Shown here in pieces: positions 1-12,199 of a stretch of DNA of 64,000 bases (position 1 is the stretch's first letter; each line of letters opens with the position of its first letter). This stretch comes from an uncultured delta proteobacterium (GTDB lineage: Bacteria; Myxococcota; Myxococcia; Myxococcales; Myxococcaceae): contig CAVYSY010000026.1 in NCBI GenBank assembly GCA_963771175.1, positions 608,001 to 672,000 of the forward strand. The letters run 5' to 3'. The notes under the pieces were generated by a model. That model saw only the letters and a list, made by a program, of their open reading frames with translations, was not told where the DNA came from and did no database searches. Both the position numbers and the translations under genes were made by a program.

Positions 1-1
1 C

Positions 2-196
2 CGCTGGGTCTACTGCGGCCTCGTCGTCTTCGGCGCCATGGGCAAGGTGGAGACCATCTGGGCCTGGGGCGACCTGATGAACGGCCTGCAGGTGTTCCCC
101 AACCTCGTGGGGTTGATTGGCCTGAGCGGCGTGGCGGCGTCGGTGCTGCGCAAGCCCGAGGAGCGACAGGTAGAGCCCGCCGCGCCCCCGGCCTGA
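2..196 (+). CDS. Alanine/glycine:cation symporter (AGCS family), 3' end only
   Basis: Manual translation RWVYCGLVVFGAMGKVETIWAWGDLMNGLQVFPNLVGLIGLS...* matches the W..D..NG...PNL C-terminal motif of AGCS symporters; runs off the window start. Confidence 0.75.
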   Translation, partial: RWVYCGLVVFGAMGKVETIWAWGDLMNGLQVFPNLVGLIGLSGVAASVLRKPEERQVEPAAPPA

Positions 197-216
197 GTTG
201 GATAGGATGCCGCGCC

Positions 217-1407
217 ATGCCGAGCGGCCCACGCATCCTCCTCATCGCGGAACGGTTCCCTCCAGACCTCGGGGGCCTCGCGCGCAGTGGCGCTCGCACC
301 GCGGGCGCGCTGGCCCGGCTCGGTGCCCAGGTGGATGTCCTCTCCTGGACCCGGAGCCTCGCCCCCGGCGCCCTCCAGACACTCGACGCGGGCGAGGTCG
401 CTATCGCCGCTCGCGGGGCCACGCTGCACCGGCTCGGCCTCTTCGGGCAGACGGACACCTCCCTGCAGCACACGCTCGACGTGCTCGACTACCTGCACGC
501 CCAGCGCCGCTACCAGCTCATCTGGGGGCACTACCTCTCGCCTCCGGGCTTCATGGCCGTCACCTTCGCCGGGCTCGCCGGCATCCCCTCCACCGTCAGC
601 GCTCGCGGCAACGACGTGGACCAGGCCATGTTCCCCCCGGGTGACTTCGCCCGCCTCCTCTGGACCCTCCAGCGCGCCACCGTCCTCACCGCCGCCTCGG
701 GGGACCTCGCTCGCAAGATGGTCATGCTCCTCGGGCACGACCCGGGCGTCGAGGTCATCCCCAACGCCGTGGACACCTCCCTCTTCCGTCCCGGCCCCGC
801 CGACCCCGCGCTGCGCCAGCGCCTGGGCATCCAGCCCGACGAGCTCGTCCTCGGCTTCTCCGGCGAGCTGCGCCACAAGAAGGGCACGCCCTTCCTCCTC
901 TCCGCCCTCTCCGAGGTGCGCAAGGTGCGGCCCGCCTGTCTCCTCGTCATCGGAGAGGTGCGCTCGCGCGAGCTGGAGCATCTCTCCGTCTACCGCGCCG
1001 AGCACCCCGAGGACGCCGCCCGCATCATTATATCCGGCCGGCTCGACGCCCCCGAGGACGTGGCCGCCCACCTGCGGCTCTGTGACGTCTACCTCCAGCC
1101 CTCCCTCTGGGACGGCATGCCCAACGCGATGCTGGAGGCCATGGCCTGCGCCCGCGTGGTCATCGCCAGCGACGCGGGCGGCATCCCCGAGGCCATCGAG
1201 CACGAGCACAACGGCTTCCTCGTCCCCAAGGCGCTCCTCAACCACCTGGGGCAGGCCACTCTCGACGTGCTGAGCCTGTCCGAGGAGCGCAGGGCCGCCC
1301 TCGGCGCCGCGGCCCGCGCCCGCATCGAGGAGCGCTTTCAGGCACAGGCCGAGGCCGAGGTGCTCCAGCGGGTGCTGGCCCGCGCCATCCCGAAGGCCTC
1401 CTCGTAG
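217..1407 (+). CDS. Glycosyltransferase family 4 (GT-B fold)
   Basis: VIPNAVD, PSLWDGMPNAMLEAMACARVVIASDAGGIPE. Confidence 0.9.
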   Translation: MPSGPRILLIAERFPPDLGGLARSGARTAGALARLGAQVDVLSWTRSLAPGALQTLDAGEVAIAARGATLHRLGLFGQTDTSLQHTLDVLDYLHAQRRYQLIWGHYLSPPGFMAVTFAGLAGIPSTVSARGNDVDQAMFPPGDFARLLWTLQRATVLTAASGDLARKMVMLLGHDPGVEVIPNAVDTSLFRPGPADPALRQRLGIQPDELVLGFSGELRHKKGTPFLLSALSEVRKVRPACLLVIGEVRSRELEHLSVYRAEHPEDAARIIISGRLDAPEDVAAHLRLCDVYLQPSLWDGMPNAMLEAMACARVVIASDAGGIPEAIEHEHNGFLVPKALLNHLGQATLDVLSLSEERRAALGAAARARIEERFQAQAEAEVLQRVLARAIPKASS

Positions 1408-2552
1408 GCCGCCACCAGGGACTCCTGTGCTCGCGCCCAGGTGAAGTCCCGCTCGATGCGGGCCCGCGCCTCTTGGCTCAACCGGGGCCCGAGCGCCGGG
1501 TCCGCCCTCAGCGCGCGCACCGCCTCCGCGATGGCCTTCGGCGAGCCCGGTCGGACGAGCAGCGCGTGCATCCCGTGCTCCGCCGCCGCGCGCACCACCG
1601 GCAGGTCGCTCGCCACCACCGGAGTGCCCGAGGCCATCGCCTCCAGCAGCTTCAGCGGGCAGCACCCCTGCACGAGGTTGCGGTCATTGGCCGGCAGCGG
1701 CACCAGCACCACGTCACAGGCATGGTGGAGCCTCGCCAGCTCCGACTGCGGCAGCGGCTCGAGGAGCTCCACCGCGCCCTCGCCCACCAGCTCGCCGCAC
1801 AGGTCGAGCAGCTCGCGGCGCTGCTGCCTCCGCGTGGGTCCCACCAGGGTGAGCACCGCGGGCAGGTCCCGGCGCAGCAGGCGGCACGCCTCGATGGCGT
1901 GGTGGACGCCCTGCCAGGAGGTCATCGTCCCGCTGTAGAGCAGGCGCACGGGCCGCTCCTCCCAGGGACGCGGCGGCTGGAAGGAGAAGAGTCCGGTGTC
2001 CACCCCGTTGGGGATGACGCGGATGCGTCCGGGCGCCGCGCCTCGTGACACCAGGTGGTCCGCCGTCACCGCGCTCGGCGTGAGGAGGAGGTCCGCCCGC
2101 GCGAGACAGAAGTCCTCCTGCGCCACCAGCTTGCGCAGCAGCTCGTCGTCCTCGGCGACTCCCGGCGCGTGGTACTTCAGCTCGATGGACGGCAGGCCGT
2201 TCACCTCGAACACCAGGTGCTCGGTGAGCCGCTCCTTGCGCCGGGCGATGGGGTAGCCCTCGAAGATGGAGCGCACGTGGACCACCGACGCCCGGCTCCG
2301 CCCCTGCCACCAGGACGCGAGCTGCGCGCGGAAGCCCATGGCCTGCGCGATGAGGTCCGGCCCCTCGGCTCGCAGGGGGTGGAAACGGACGCCCTCTGGA
2401 GGCGGCTCCGCCGTGTCCCCACCGATGGCCAGCAGGTCCACCCCGCCAAAGGCCCGCCCGAGCGCCTCGGTGAAGGCGCGGATGTGGACCGCCGCTCCCT
2501 TGGGCGCGGGAAAGCGGTCGAAGGACGCGTAGACGATTCCGGAGGACGACAC
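1338..2552 (-). CDS. Glycosyltransferase family 4 (GT-B fold)
   Basis: VIPNGVD, PLKLLEAMASGTPVVASDLP, FTW near C-terminus. Confidence 0.9.
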   Translation of the reverse strand: MSSSGIVYASFDRFPAPKGAAVHIRAFTEALGRAFGGVDLLAIGGDTAEPPPEGVRFHPLRAEGPDLIAQAMGFRAQLASWWQGRSRASVVHVRSIFEGYPIARRKERLTEHLVFEVNGLPSIELKYHAPGVAEDDELLRKLVAQEDFCLARADLLLTPSAVTADHLVSRGAAPGRIRVIPNGVDTGLFSFQPPRPWEERPVRLLYSGTMTSWQGVHHAIEACRLLRRDLPAVLTLVGPTRRQQRRELLDLCGELVGEGAVELLEPLPQSELARLHHACDVVLVPLPANDRNLVQGCCPLKLLEAMASGTPVVASDLPVVRAAAEHGMHALLVRPGSPKAIAEAVRALRADPALGPRLSQEARARIERDFTWARAQESLVAAYEEAFGMARASTRWSTSASACA

Positions 2553-2662
2553 GGGCTCCGCAGTATCCCCCCTCGGGCGAGCCGCACCAACAGTGGATTG
2601 ACCGGCGATAAGGCCGGCTCCTACGCTCCCTCCTCTCCCCTCCGACCAAAGGGCGACAGACC

Positions 2663-3577
2663 TTGGCCGTCGACGTCAAACGCTTCAGCGAGGAACTCGT
2701 CTTCCGGACTCGCACCTCCTGTGCCCAGGCGATCGAGGATCTCCGCTTCCTGCGCGGCTTCGATCTCGACAAGGAGAAGCGACAGGAGCAGGCGTTCTCC
2801 GTGGGCTGCGGCACGATGATCTTCGCCGTGGGGAGCCTGTTCTTCACGGCCAACCTCACGACGAACGGCCCCGCGCTCACGCTGTTCTTGGGCTCCTGCG
2901 GAGTGCTCCTGTTCGGCACGAGCATCTTCTCCTTCGTCCGCCACTCCCGCTACAAGCGGCTCAACCTGGAGAACCGGCGCTACGAGCTGGTCACCCGAGT
3001 GCTGGAGCTGCTCCGGGCCGACATCGCCCCCACCGAGCCGGTGACGCTCCGGATCGACCTGCGCCCGGAGACGGCCGCGGACAAGCTGCGGGGCGAGGGC
3101 ACGACGCGGAGCGGCTGGAGTGTGAAGCACTACATCGACCCGTGGCTCGGCATCGAGGGCCGGCTGCTGGACGGGACGCACTTCTCCCTGGAGATGCTCG
3201 AGCGCGTCGACATGCGCCACCGGAGCAGGACCAACGCCCGGGGCAAGACGAAGACCAAGACCCGGCGCCTGTCCGACGCACTCCTCCGGATCCGGCTCCG
3301 GGTGAAGCCCTCGCGATACCAGCACCTCGGGCAGCTCGCGCCACGAGCGAAGGGCGCGGTGCAGCTCCCCCAGGGGGCCCGGCTCAAGGGGCTCCGCGTG
3401 GGCGAGGATCGCATCGACCTGACGGTCCTCCTGGACGAGCCGTGGGCCCCCGGAGAGCCCGAGCCCCTTTCGATGAACGGCGCCCGGGCGGTGGCGATGT
3501 CGTTCCTGAGCCTCTACCAACTCCTCAACCTGTCGCGCGCCCTCGACAAGAAGGCCGTGCACCCGCCCGCGGGCTGA
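2663..3577 (+). CDS. Hypothetical membrane protein (two N-terminal TM segments)
   Basis: 304-aa ORF with high GC3, two hydrophobic stretches and a basic C-terminal part. Confidence 0.7.
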   Translation: MAVDVKRFSEELVFRTRTSCAQAIEDLRFLRGFDLDKEKRQEQAFSVGCGTMIFAVGSLFFTANLTTNGPALTLFLGSCGVLLFGTSIFSFVRHSRYKRLNLENRRYELVTRVLELLRADIAPTEPVTLRIDLRPETAADKLRGEGTTRSGWSVKHYIDPWLGIEGRLLDGTHFSLEMLERVDMRHRSRTNARGKTKTKTRRLSDALLRIRLRVKPSRYQHLGQLAPRAKGAVQLPQGARLKGLRVGEDRIDLTVLLDEPWAPGEPEPLSMNGARAVAMSFLSLYQLLNLSRALDKKAVHPPAG

Positions 3578-3606
3578 GCCCCGAGCCTCCCAGGAAGTCA
3601 AACCGA

Positions 3607-3996
3607 ATGTCCCCTCCCCCTCAGTCGCTCGGCCCCTGCCTGGAGAGTGCCGGGTTCCTCTTCGCGCATGACTGTCCCCGGCGCGCCACCCAGCACTGCA
3701 CGCGGTGCTCCAAGCCCATCTGCGTCGAGCACAGCCGCATCACGGATCAAGACGTGCTGTGCATCGGGTGCGCCAAGGCGGAGCGCACGGGTGCCGGAGC
3801 CTCGAACCTCCGCCAGCCCGGGGAGCTCGATCCCTACCTCTACTCCAGCTACTACTACCGGGGCTTCGGCTTCTACGGACATGGCGCGTGGGGCAGCGAC
3901 GAGCTCCACGACCCCAACGACTTCACCGAGGCCGATGGCGAGTCCCTGCGCGCCCAGGTCCCCGGCGACTTCGAGGAGGACATGCGCGGTAGCTGA
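3607..3996 (+). CDS. Small protein with B-box-like zinc finger and acidic Tyr-rich tail
   Basis: C..(H)DC....CTRCSKPICVEH...CIGC pattern; stop lies 3 bp before next start. Confidence 0.7.
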   Translation: MSPPPQSLGPCLESAGFLFAHDCPRRATQHCTRCSKPICVEHSRITDQDVLCIGCAKAERTGAGASNLRQPGELDPYLYSSYYYRGFGFYGHGAWGSDELHDPNDFTEADGESLRAQVPGDFEEDMRGS

Positions 3997-3999
3997 ACC

Positions 4000-5010
4000 A
4001 TGAGTGGAGAACGCTGGCTCCTCTACGCGCTCGGCGGAGGCCTGGGGCACCTCACTCGCGCCGTGGCCCTGGGTCGCGCGGCCCGCCGGCGCGGCCACCG
4101 CGTGGACGTGGTGACGAACAGCTCCTTCGCGTCCGGGCTCGCGCTCGAGGCGGAGCTGGGCGAGGGCCACGTCCACCGGCTCGCCCCGGAGCTCGACAAG
4201 CAGGCCGTGCGCGCCGCCTTCGAGCGGCTGCTCGCCCACGTGAGCCCCGAGGTGCTCGTCGTGGACACCTTCCCGCGCGGGCTCGGCGGAGAGCTCGCGA
4301 CGCTCCTGCCGGAGCTGAAGGTCCGCAAGGTGCTCGTGCACCGAGACCTCCACCCGGACTACGTGGAGCGCTTCGGGCTCGCGCGGTTCGTCGACACCTA
4401 CGACCGGCTCCTCCTTCCCGGCGAGCCCGCTCCGCTCGCCCACCACCCTCGCGCCGTGAGCACGCCTCCGTGGCTCGTCCGCGATGCCGGGGAGCTATTG
4501 GATATCCCCTCCGCTCGACGGGAGCTGGGGATTCCCGCCAGCGAGGAGACAGTGCCCGTGGTGGCCGTCCTGGCCTGTGGCCGGCCGGAAGAGGTGGACG
4601 AGTGCATCGGACTCGCGGCGATGCTCCAGCGGGAGCTTGGCGCGCGCGCCGCCGTCCGGCTGCTGGCCCCGAGTGCCCTCACGTCCGTTCCCGCGCCCCT
4701 CACGTGGCTGCGGCCCTGGCCGGCCCTCCCGCTCATGCGGGGCATCGACGTCCTCGTGGGCGCGGGTGGCTACAACACCGTCCAGGAGGCACGCGCCACG
4801 GGAACACCGCTCGTGGCCTTCGCCCGGCCCCGGCTCTATGACCGGCAGGTGCTGCGGCTCCACTCCTCCGAGCAGGTCTCCACGTTCGACGAGGCCCTCG
4901 CGCGAGTGAGCACGCTCCTCCAGACCCTGCCCGAGACACGCGGCGAGCGAGCCCTGCCCGCGTACGTCAACGGGGCCCATGCGGCGGTGCGACTCATCGA
5001 GGGCTCCTGA
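4000..5010 (+). CDS. Glycosyltransferase, GT28/GT1-like
   Basis: YALGGGLGHLTRA N-terminal motif, VVDTFPRG, GAGGYNTVQE. Confidence 0.8.
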   Translation: MSGERWLLYALGGGLGHLTRAVALGRAARRRGHRVDVVTNSSFASGLALEAELGEGHVHRLAPELDKQAVRAAFERLLAHVSPEVLVVDTFPRGLGGELATLLPELKVRKVLVHRDLHPDYVERFGLARFVDTYDRLLLPGEPAPLAHHPRAVSTPPWLVRDAGELLDIPSARRELGIPASEETVPVVAVLACGRPEEVDECIGLAAMLQRELGARAAVRLLAPSALTSVPAPLTWLRPWPALPLMRGIDVLVGAGGYNTVQEARATGTPLVAFARPRLYDRQVLRLHSSEQVSTFDEALARVSTLLQTLPETRGERALPAYVNGAHAAVRLIEGS

Positions 5011-5022
5011 CGGACCCGTCCC

Positions 5023-6511
5023 TCAATGCGCCTGGGCGGAGCCGCCCAGGTGGAACCCTCTTCGTGGGAGGGCGGCTGCGCGTGCACCGGTGTGTAGGGG
5101 AGCATGCACGGTGAAGGTGGAGCCCTGGCCGGGGTGACTGGTCACATGGACCTCGCCATTCAGTGCCTCCACGATCTGCCGGGTGATGTAGAGCCCCAGC
5201 CCCAATCCCCCGTAGTGTTTGTCACTCACCGCGCGCTCGAAGCGCCCGAAGATGCGCGACAGGTGCTCGGGCTCGATGCCAATGCCCTTGTCGGCCACCG
5301 AGAGCTGGGCCTGTGTTCGGCCAGCCCAGCACGCGCACCTCACCGGCTTGCCCGCTCCGTACTTGAAGGCATTGGTGAGCAGGTTCGTCACCACCTGCTC
5401 CAGGCGCAACCGGTCCCACTGCCCCACCACCGGCCCGTGCTCGCTCAGCACCACCTCGCAGCCAGCGCTCTCCGCCTGGGGGGCGAAGGTGGAGATCACC
5501 TCACGCACCACCTCCAACAGCCTCCAGCTCGCGCACAGCGCGTTCACCAGTTCCCGCTTCTCCGCGCTCGGTACACCCTGCAATCCGGCGCGGATTCCCT
5601 CCTCGTCCAGCACGGCCACGTCACAGAAGTCCGCCAACTTGGGAACCAACGACCAGACCAGTTGCCCAGCGTCTCCTTCAACTCCAGGTTCGAACCCAGA
5701 CGCGCACTCGCCTCGGACAGGAAGCGCAGGTAGACCTCGGCCCGCTTGCGCAGGGTGACGTCCTGCAGTCCCCCCCACCATGCGAAGGGGCACGCCGCTC
5801 GCATCGCGCAGGAGGTAGCCCAATCCACCACGTCCGCGTACGAACCATCCGCGCGACGAAGCGATCTCCGCCCGCCAGCTCATGGCGTCCCCCTTGATCG
5901 CATGCCACAGGCTCGCCATCACCCAACATCCGGTCCTCCGGGTGGAGGTTGAGATCACCAGCGGTATCGTCGAGGCCTCCTCCGGTCGGTCGCCGAAAGA
6001 GCGTCTGCACGTGGACGCTCCAGTTCAGCGCGTTCGTCACCATGTTCCACTCGTAGATGGCATCACTTCGGTGGCGAGCGTGGTGAGGCGGTAGCGCTCC
6101 TGGATTGGCGGAGGGCCTCCTGGACGATGCGCGCCTGGAACCAATCCACCAGCCCGGCCATCCGCGCGCGCAGGACATGTGGCTCGGCTGCGGCACGCGG
6201 TGAAATCCGCCGCGCCCACCGGATGGGCCTTCATCACCCGCACTGCCTCTGGGAGGTCTCGGGAGAGAAGCGGCACGGGCACACCGAGGCCATGCGCCAC
6301 CCCCGTGAGCCGGGAGGCCCACTGCCTGGAATCCACCACACTCGCCAGGGGGAGCACCAGCGCGGCGATCGAGCAACTGCGGCAACTGCCCGCCTCTACC
6401 GCCTCCGGCCAATGCAGGCTGCCGTCGCGAGGGGTTCGAGCGCCGTGCGCAGGTGCCCGTCCAAGCCAGGAGCACGTCCACCAGCAGGATGTGAGGGGCG
6501 GTGTCGGGCAC
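5023..6511 (-). pseudogene. PAS/GAF sensor histidine kinase, fragmented and apparently lacking the HisKA region
   Basis: HATPase motifs RLEQVVTNLLTNAFKYG, DKGIGI, GLGLGLYI; PAS pieces (ERYRL..AT, DAIYEWN, HPEDR, QDVTLRK) spread over several frames; 5' end uncertain. Confidence 0.65.
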
Positions 6512-6701
6512 GCATCAGCCTCCTGCGCGGAGCGGTGGAAGGGAGCAGGAAGCCCAGAACGCTCCCTGGCCAGCGGGGCCCACATCGCCGCGAGGACAGG
6601 CCCCAAGAAGCAGACGCCCACCTGACCGATCTCTTCCTGCCCGCCCCCCTGCTCTCCCCGGAGAGCCGATGGCGCTCGAAGAGGACCCTCACCCGCGCGT
6701 A

Positions 6702-7911
6702 TCAGTGGATGATTCGGTACACCTGCTCGAGCATCGCCGCGCACACCAGCCCGCCGTAGGTGCCCAGCACATAGCCGGCCACCGCCAGCATGACGCCCAC
6801 GGGAGCGAGCGCCGGGTGGAAGGCCGCCGCCACCACCGAGGCCGAGGCCGCGCCGCCCACGTTGGCCTGCGAGCCCACCGCCGCGAAGAAGATGGGTGCG
6901 CGCAGCAGGCGCCGCACGTCAGCAGCATGACGCCCGCGTGGATCGCCATCCACACCATGCCCACGGCCACCAACGCGGGGGCGTCCAGCAGCCGCCGGAA
7001 GTCGGCCTGGCGCCGATGGTCATGACCAGCAGGTAGAGGAACAGCGAGCCCACCCGGCTCGCCCCGGCCCCCTCCAGCTTGCGCAGCGGGGTGAACGACA
7101 GCACCACCCCCACCGTCGTCACCAGGATGACCACCCAGGTGAAGCCCGTCATGATGGTGCCCGATGTCCGGCAGCTGCTTGGCCACCACCGTGCACACCA
7201 CCGTGGTGCCCAGCCCGAAGGGTGAGGATCCACACCAGGTCCGGCAGGTTCGCGGGCCGCAGCCACCGAGGCGTGGAATCGCTCCACCTGCTCGCGCACC
7301 ACGTCGATGGCCCGCCGGTCCGCGCCCATGCGCGCGTCCATCTGCCGCTCACGGCCCGCGAACGTAGAGCAGCACCGCGGTCCACATGTTCGACACGCCC
7401 ACGTCCACCACCACCATCATGCTCAAGCGTGTTGTCGTGCGCGCCGATGCTCTGGCCGATGGCCACGAAGTTGGCACTGCCGCCGATCCACGAGCCGCTG
7501 AGCGCCGCCAGCCCCTTCCAGGCCTGCTCTCCGAGCTCCGCCGGCACCAGCCAGCCCAGCGCCAGGTACGCGAGAGGCCCGCCGAGGATGATGCCCGCCG
7601 TCCCCGCCAGGAAGAGCACCACCGCGTTGCGCCCCAGCCGCGCGATGGCCGGCAGGTCCATGGACAGCACCTGGAGCACCAGACTCGCCGGCAGCAGGTA
7701 CGCCGACACGAAGCCGTAGAGGTCGGACTTGGTGCGGGATGACGCCCGTGTTCGAGAGCAGCGTGGGCACGAAGTAGACGAGCACGAGCATGGGCAGGAC
7801 CCTGAAGAGGCGCGCGCCCACCGGGTGTCGCTCGGCGAGGAACAGCAGCGCCAGCACGGTGAGCAGCACCGTGAGCACCGCCATGGGGCTCTGGATGAGC
7901 GGCTCCGTCAC
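6702..7911 (-). CDS. DUF819 family membrane protein (frameshifted)
   Basis: GSWIGGSANFVA and GSQANVGGAASA motifs in successive frames; start overlaps epimerase stop. Confidence 0.8.
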
Positions 7912-8936
7912 GGGAAGGGCTGGGGCTCCACGCCGAGCCCGGGTCCCTCACCCAGAGCGGATGCGCCCGTCCACCACCGGGTGCCCACGGAAGGGGTCCG
8001 CCGGAGATGAGCAGGTTGCCGTCCAGGTCCAGCCAGTCCACCAGCGGCCCCAGGTGCGCCGCCGCGGCGATGCCCAGCGACGTCTCCACCATGCACCCCA
8101 GCATGATCTTCAGGCCGCAGGCGCGCGCCGTCTCGATGATGCGCAGCGCCTCGCGGATGCCGCCGCACTTCTGCAGCTTGACGTTGATGCCGTGGTAGCC
8201 CTCGGCCAGCTTCGGCACGTCCGAGGCCATCATCAGCGCCTCGTCCGCCACCAGCGGCAGCGGCGAGCGCTGACGCAGCCACTTCGCCCCCTCGACGTCC
8301 GCCGCCGGCAGGGGCTGCTCCACCAGCTCCACCCCCTGCGTCGCCATCCACTCGATGTGCTTCAGCGCTTCCTCGGGGCTCCAGGCCTCGTTGGCGTCCA
8401 CGCGAACCGGCTTGGGAGTGGCGGAGCGCACCGCGCCGAACAGCTCGCGCACCGACTGCGCGCCGAGCTTGACTTTGAGGATGGGGAACGGCTCGGCCTC
8501 GCGCACCTTCCGGGCCATGGACTCCGGATCATCGATGCCGATGGAGAATGAGGTGACGGGCATCCGCGCCGGGTCCAGGCCCAGCAGTCGATAGAGCGGC
8601 GCCCCGAGGCGCTTGCCGGCCAGGTCGTGCAGCGCGATGTCCAGCGCCGCCTTCGCCGCGTGGTTGCCCGGCAGGGCCTCCTCGATGCGCTCCGAGAGGA
8701 CGCGGAAGTGCCGCGGATCGCCTTCCAGCACCGGGGCGAGCTTCCCGAGCGCCTCGGTCACCGTCTCGGCGGACTCGCCGTAGCGCACGTTGGGGGCCGC
8801 CTCGCCCCGGCCGACCAGGTCTCCGTCGCGCAGCTCGACGAGCACGTTGCGCTTCGAGGTACTGGTGCCGCGCGGAGATGGTCCAGGCGTGACGAAGGGG
8901 CAGCTCGACGATTCGGACGTTCAACGGTAGGGACAT
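7908..8936 (-). CDS. Dipeptide (L-Ala-D/L-Glu) epimerase, enolase superfamily (frameshifted)
   Basis: LKVKLG, RVDANEAW, VEQP, ADE, INVKLQKCGG, GCMVE, DLDG. Confidence 0.88.
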
Positions 8937-9063
8937 GCGGTGAGCCTCCCGGCCCGCCATTACCACAGGCCGGGCGAGCCCGACCCCTGTTCCTCTCTCA
9001 CGAAAAACATCGAGTCCGGACGGTGGCCGTGGACGGTCCCCCGGACTCCCCTAGACTGCCGGC

Positions 9064-10480
9064 ATGCGCCCCCTGCTCTTCGTCCTCGCCCTCCTGGCCG
9101 TGCCGGGTTGCGGCCACGCCGCCGGCCCGACGCGAAGCGCCCCGCCTCGCACGGCCGAGGAGATGCGCACGCTGCTCGCCGAGCTCATCGCGGTGGACAC
9201 CTCCAACCCGCCGGGCAACGAGGCCGCCGCCGCCCAGGTGGCCGCGCGCTGGCTGCGCGAGGCCGGTATCGAGTCGCAGCTCGCCGAGCCCGCCCCCGGA
9301 CGCGCCCACCTCTGGCCCGGCTGAAGGGCAACGGCCGCGCGACGGCCCGTGCTGGTGCTCGCCCACCTCGACACGGTGCCCGCGAAGCGGGAGGAGTGGG
9401 CCTCCGACCCGTGGACGCTCACCGAGCGCGACGGCTTCCTCTATGGGCGCGGCGTCCAGGACAACAAGGGCATGGCGGCGGCCAGCGTGCTGGCGCTGCG
9501 GCGGCTCCAGCGCGAGGGCGGTGAAGCTGTCGCGCGACGTGGTGCTCGTGCTCAGCGCGGACGAGGAGGTGGGCTCCGGCCACGACATCGAGTGGCTGCT
9601 GGAGCACCACCCCGAGCTGCGCGAGGCCGAGCTCGCCCTCAACGAGGGAGGCCTCACGGAGCTGTCCGAGGACCGCCGCCGCGTGCGCTTCGTCAACCTC
9701 CAGGCGGCCGAGCGGGTGTCGCGCAACGTGGTGCTGAAGGCCACCGGGCCCGGGCGGACACTCCTCGGTGCCGCCCGGCGGCACCCAACCCGATGGTGCG
9801 ACTGGCGGCGGCGGTGGCTCGCATCGGGGCGCTCACCTTCCCCACCCGGCTCACCCCCGTCACCCGGCTGAACATCGAGGGCCGGCGTCAAGGTGACGGC
9901 GGGCGAGCTGGGCGAGGCCCTGAAGCGGCTCGCGGCGTCGCCGGACAGCCCGCCCCAGGAGGCGGTGGACACCATCGCCCGGCTCGAGCCCGCGCTGGCC
10001 GCCGTGCTGCGCACCACCTGCGTGCCCACCGTCTTCAACGCTGGCACGCGGCCCAACGTCATCCCCGCCACCGCCGAGGCCACCATCAACTGCCGGCTGC
10101 TCCCGGACGAGGACCTCGAGGCGCTTCCGGGCCCGGCTCGTCGCGGCGGTGGCGGACCCGGACATCCAGGTGGAGCTGAACATGAAGCGCGCCGGACTCG
10201 CCCGCCTCGCCGGTGGGGGACAACGCGATGTTCCGGGCCGCCACGGCCGCCGCCGCCAGGGTGTGGCCGGGCGCCCCCGTCTTCCCGCGCATGTCCACCG
10301 GCACCACCGAGTCCACCGCGCTGCGCCGGGCGGGCATCCACGCCTACGGCATCGACCTCTTCGCCCTCACGCCGGACGACGCGCGCACGGCCCACGCGCC
10401 CAACGAGCGCATCCCCGTCGGCCTCGCTCCAGCCGGGCGCCGAGTTCGTCTACCAACTCCTGCGGGAGCTGGCGAAGTGA
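9064..10480 (+). CDS. M20/M25/M40 metallopeptidase lipoprotein (frameshifted)
   Basis: Lipobox-like VPGC; AHLDTVP, YGRGVQDNKG, ADEE, NEGG, HAPNER across frames. Confidence 0.85.
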
Positions 10481-10521
10481 GCCCCCGTCCCCCTTCCCAC
10501 ACAGCATCCGAGCGGCTCCTC

Positions 10522-11789
<1,268 letters not shown>

Positions 11790-11814
11790 GTACCTGGAAC
11801 CTCTTTCAGGTCAC

Positions 11815-11850
11815 AAGGGGCTGCCCACTCTTCCGGCGAGCAGCCCCCTT
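11815..11850 (+). terminator. Stem-loop, probable terminator after the C39 gene
   Basis: AAGGGGCTGC...GCAGCCCCCTT inverted repeat. Confidence 0.5.
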
Positions 11851-12199
11851 CGCTGATTCACGAGCGCGTCATGGCTGCCCATGGAGGCCGCTCGCAGGGC
11901 GTCTCCCTGTCCGGGCCCGAGCGCCGCTCGGATGGCAGCAGCACCGCGCAATCTGGGACATCGCGCTGCTGTTCCAGAAGTCATAGAGCGCGGTGAGCTT
12001 GTCCTGGGAGACCCCTCGCGCCGTGACCCGCGCCTCCAGGTAGCGCGCCCGGGCCGCCACCGGCACCACCCCGGCCACCTCGCGGGCCACCGCCGCGGTA
12101 GCTCGGCGCGCCTTGGACCGCTCGGCCACGGTTCCACGGCATCGACATGAGGCGGCCTTTCCCGGCTTCACCTCCTTCACCGAGCCCCCCGAGTCCTTG

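Noticed and set aside
10..1665. 551-aa antisense ORF, and many similar long ORFs (e.g. 15871-17022, 19331-21583, 48577-50586, 52634-54982, 56975-58648)
   Set aside because: These are shadow frames opposite or overlapping well-supported genes, expected in GC-rich DNA, and they contain no recognisable motifs
5687..5697. GGTTCGAACCC resembling a tRNA T-loop
   Set aside because: It lies inside the kinase coding remnant and no cloverleaf can be formed around it
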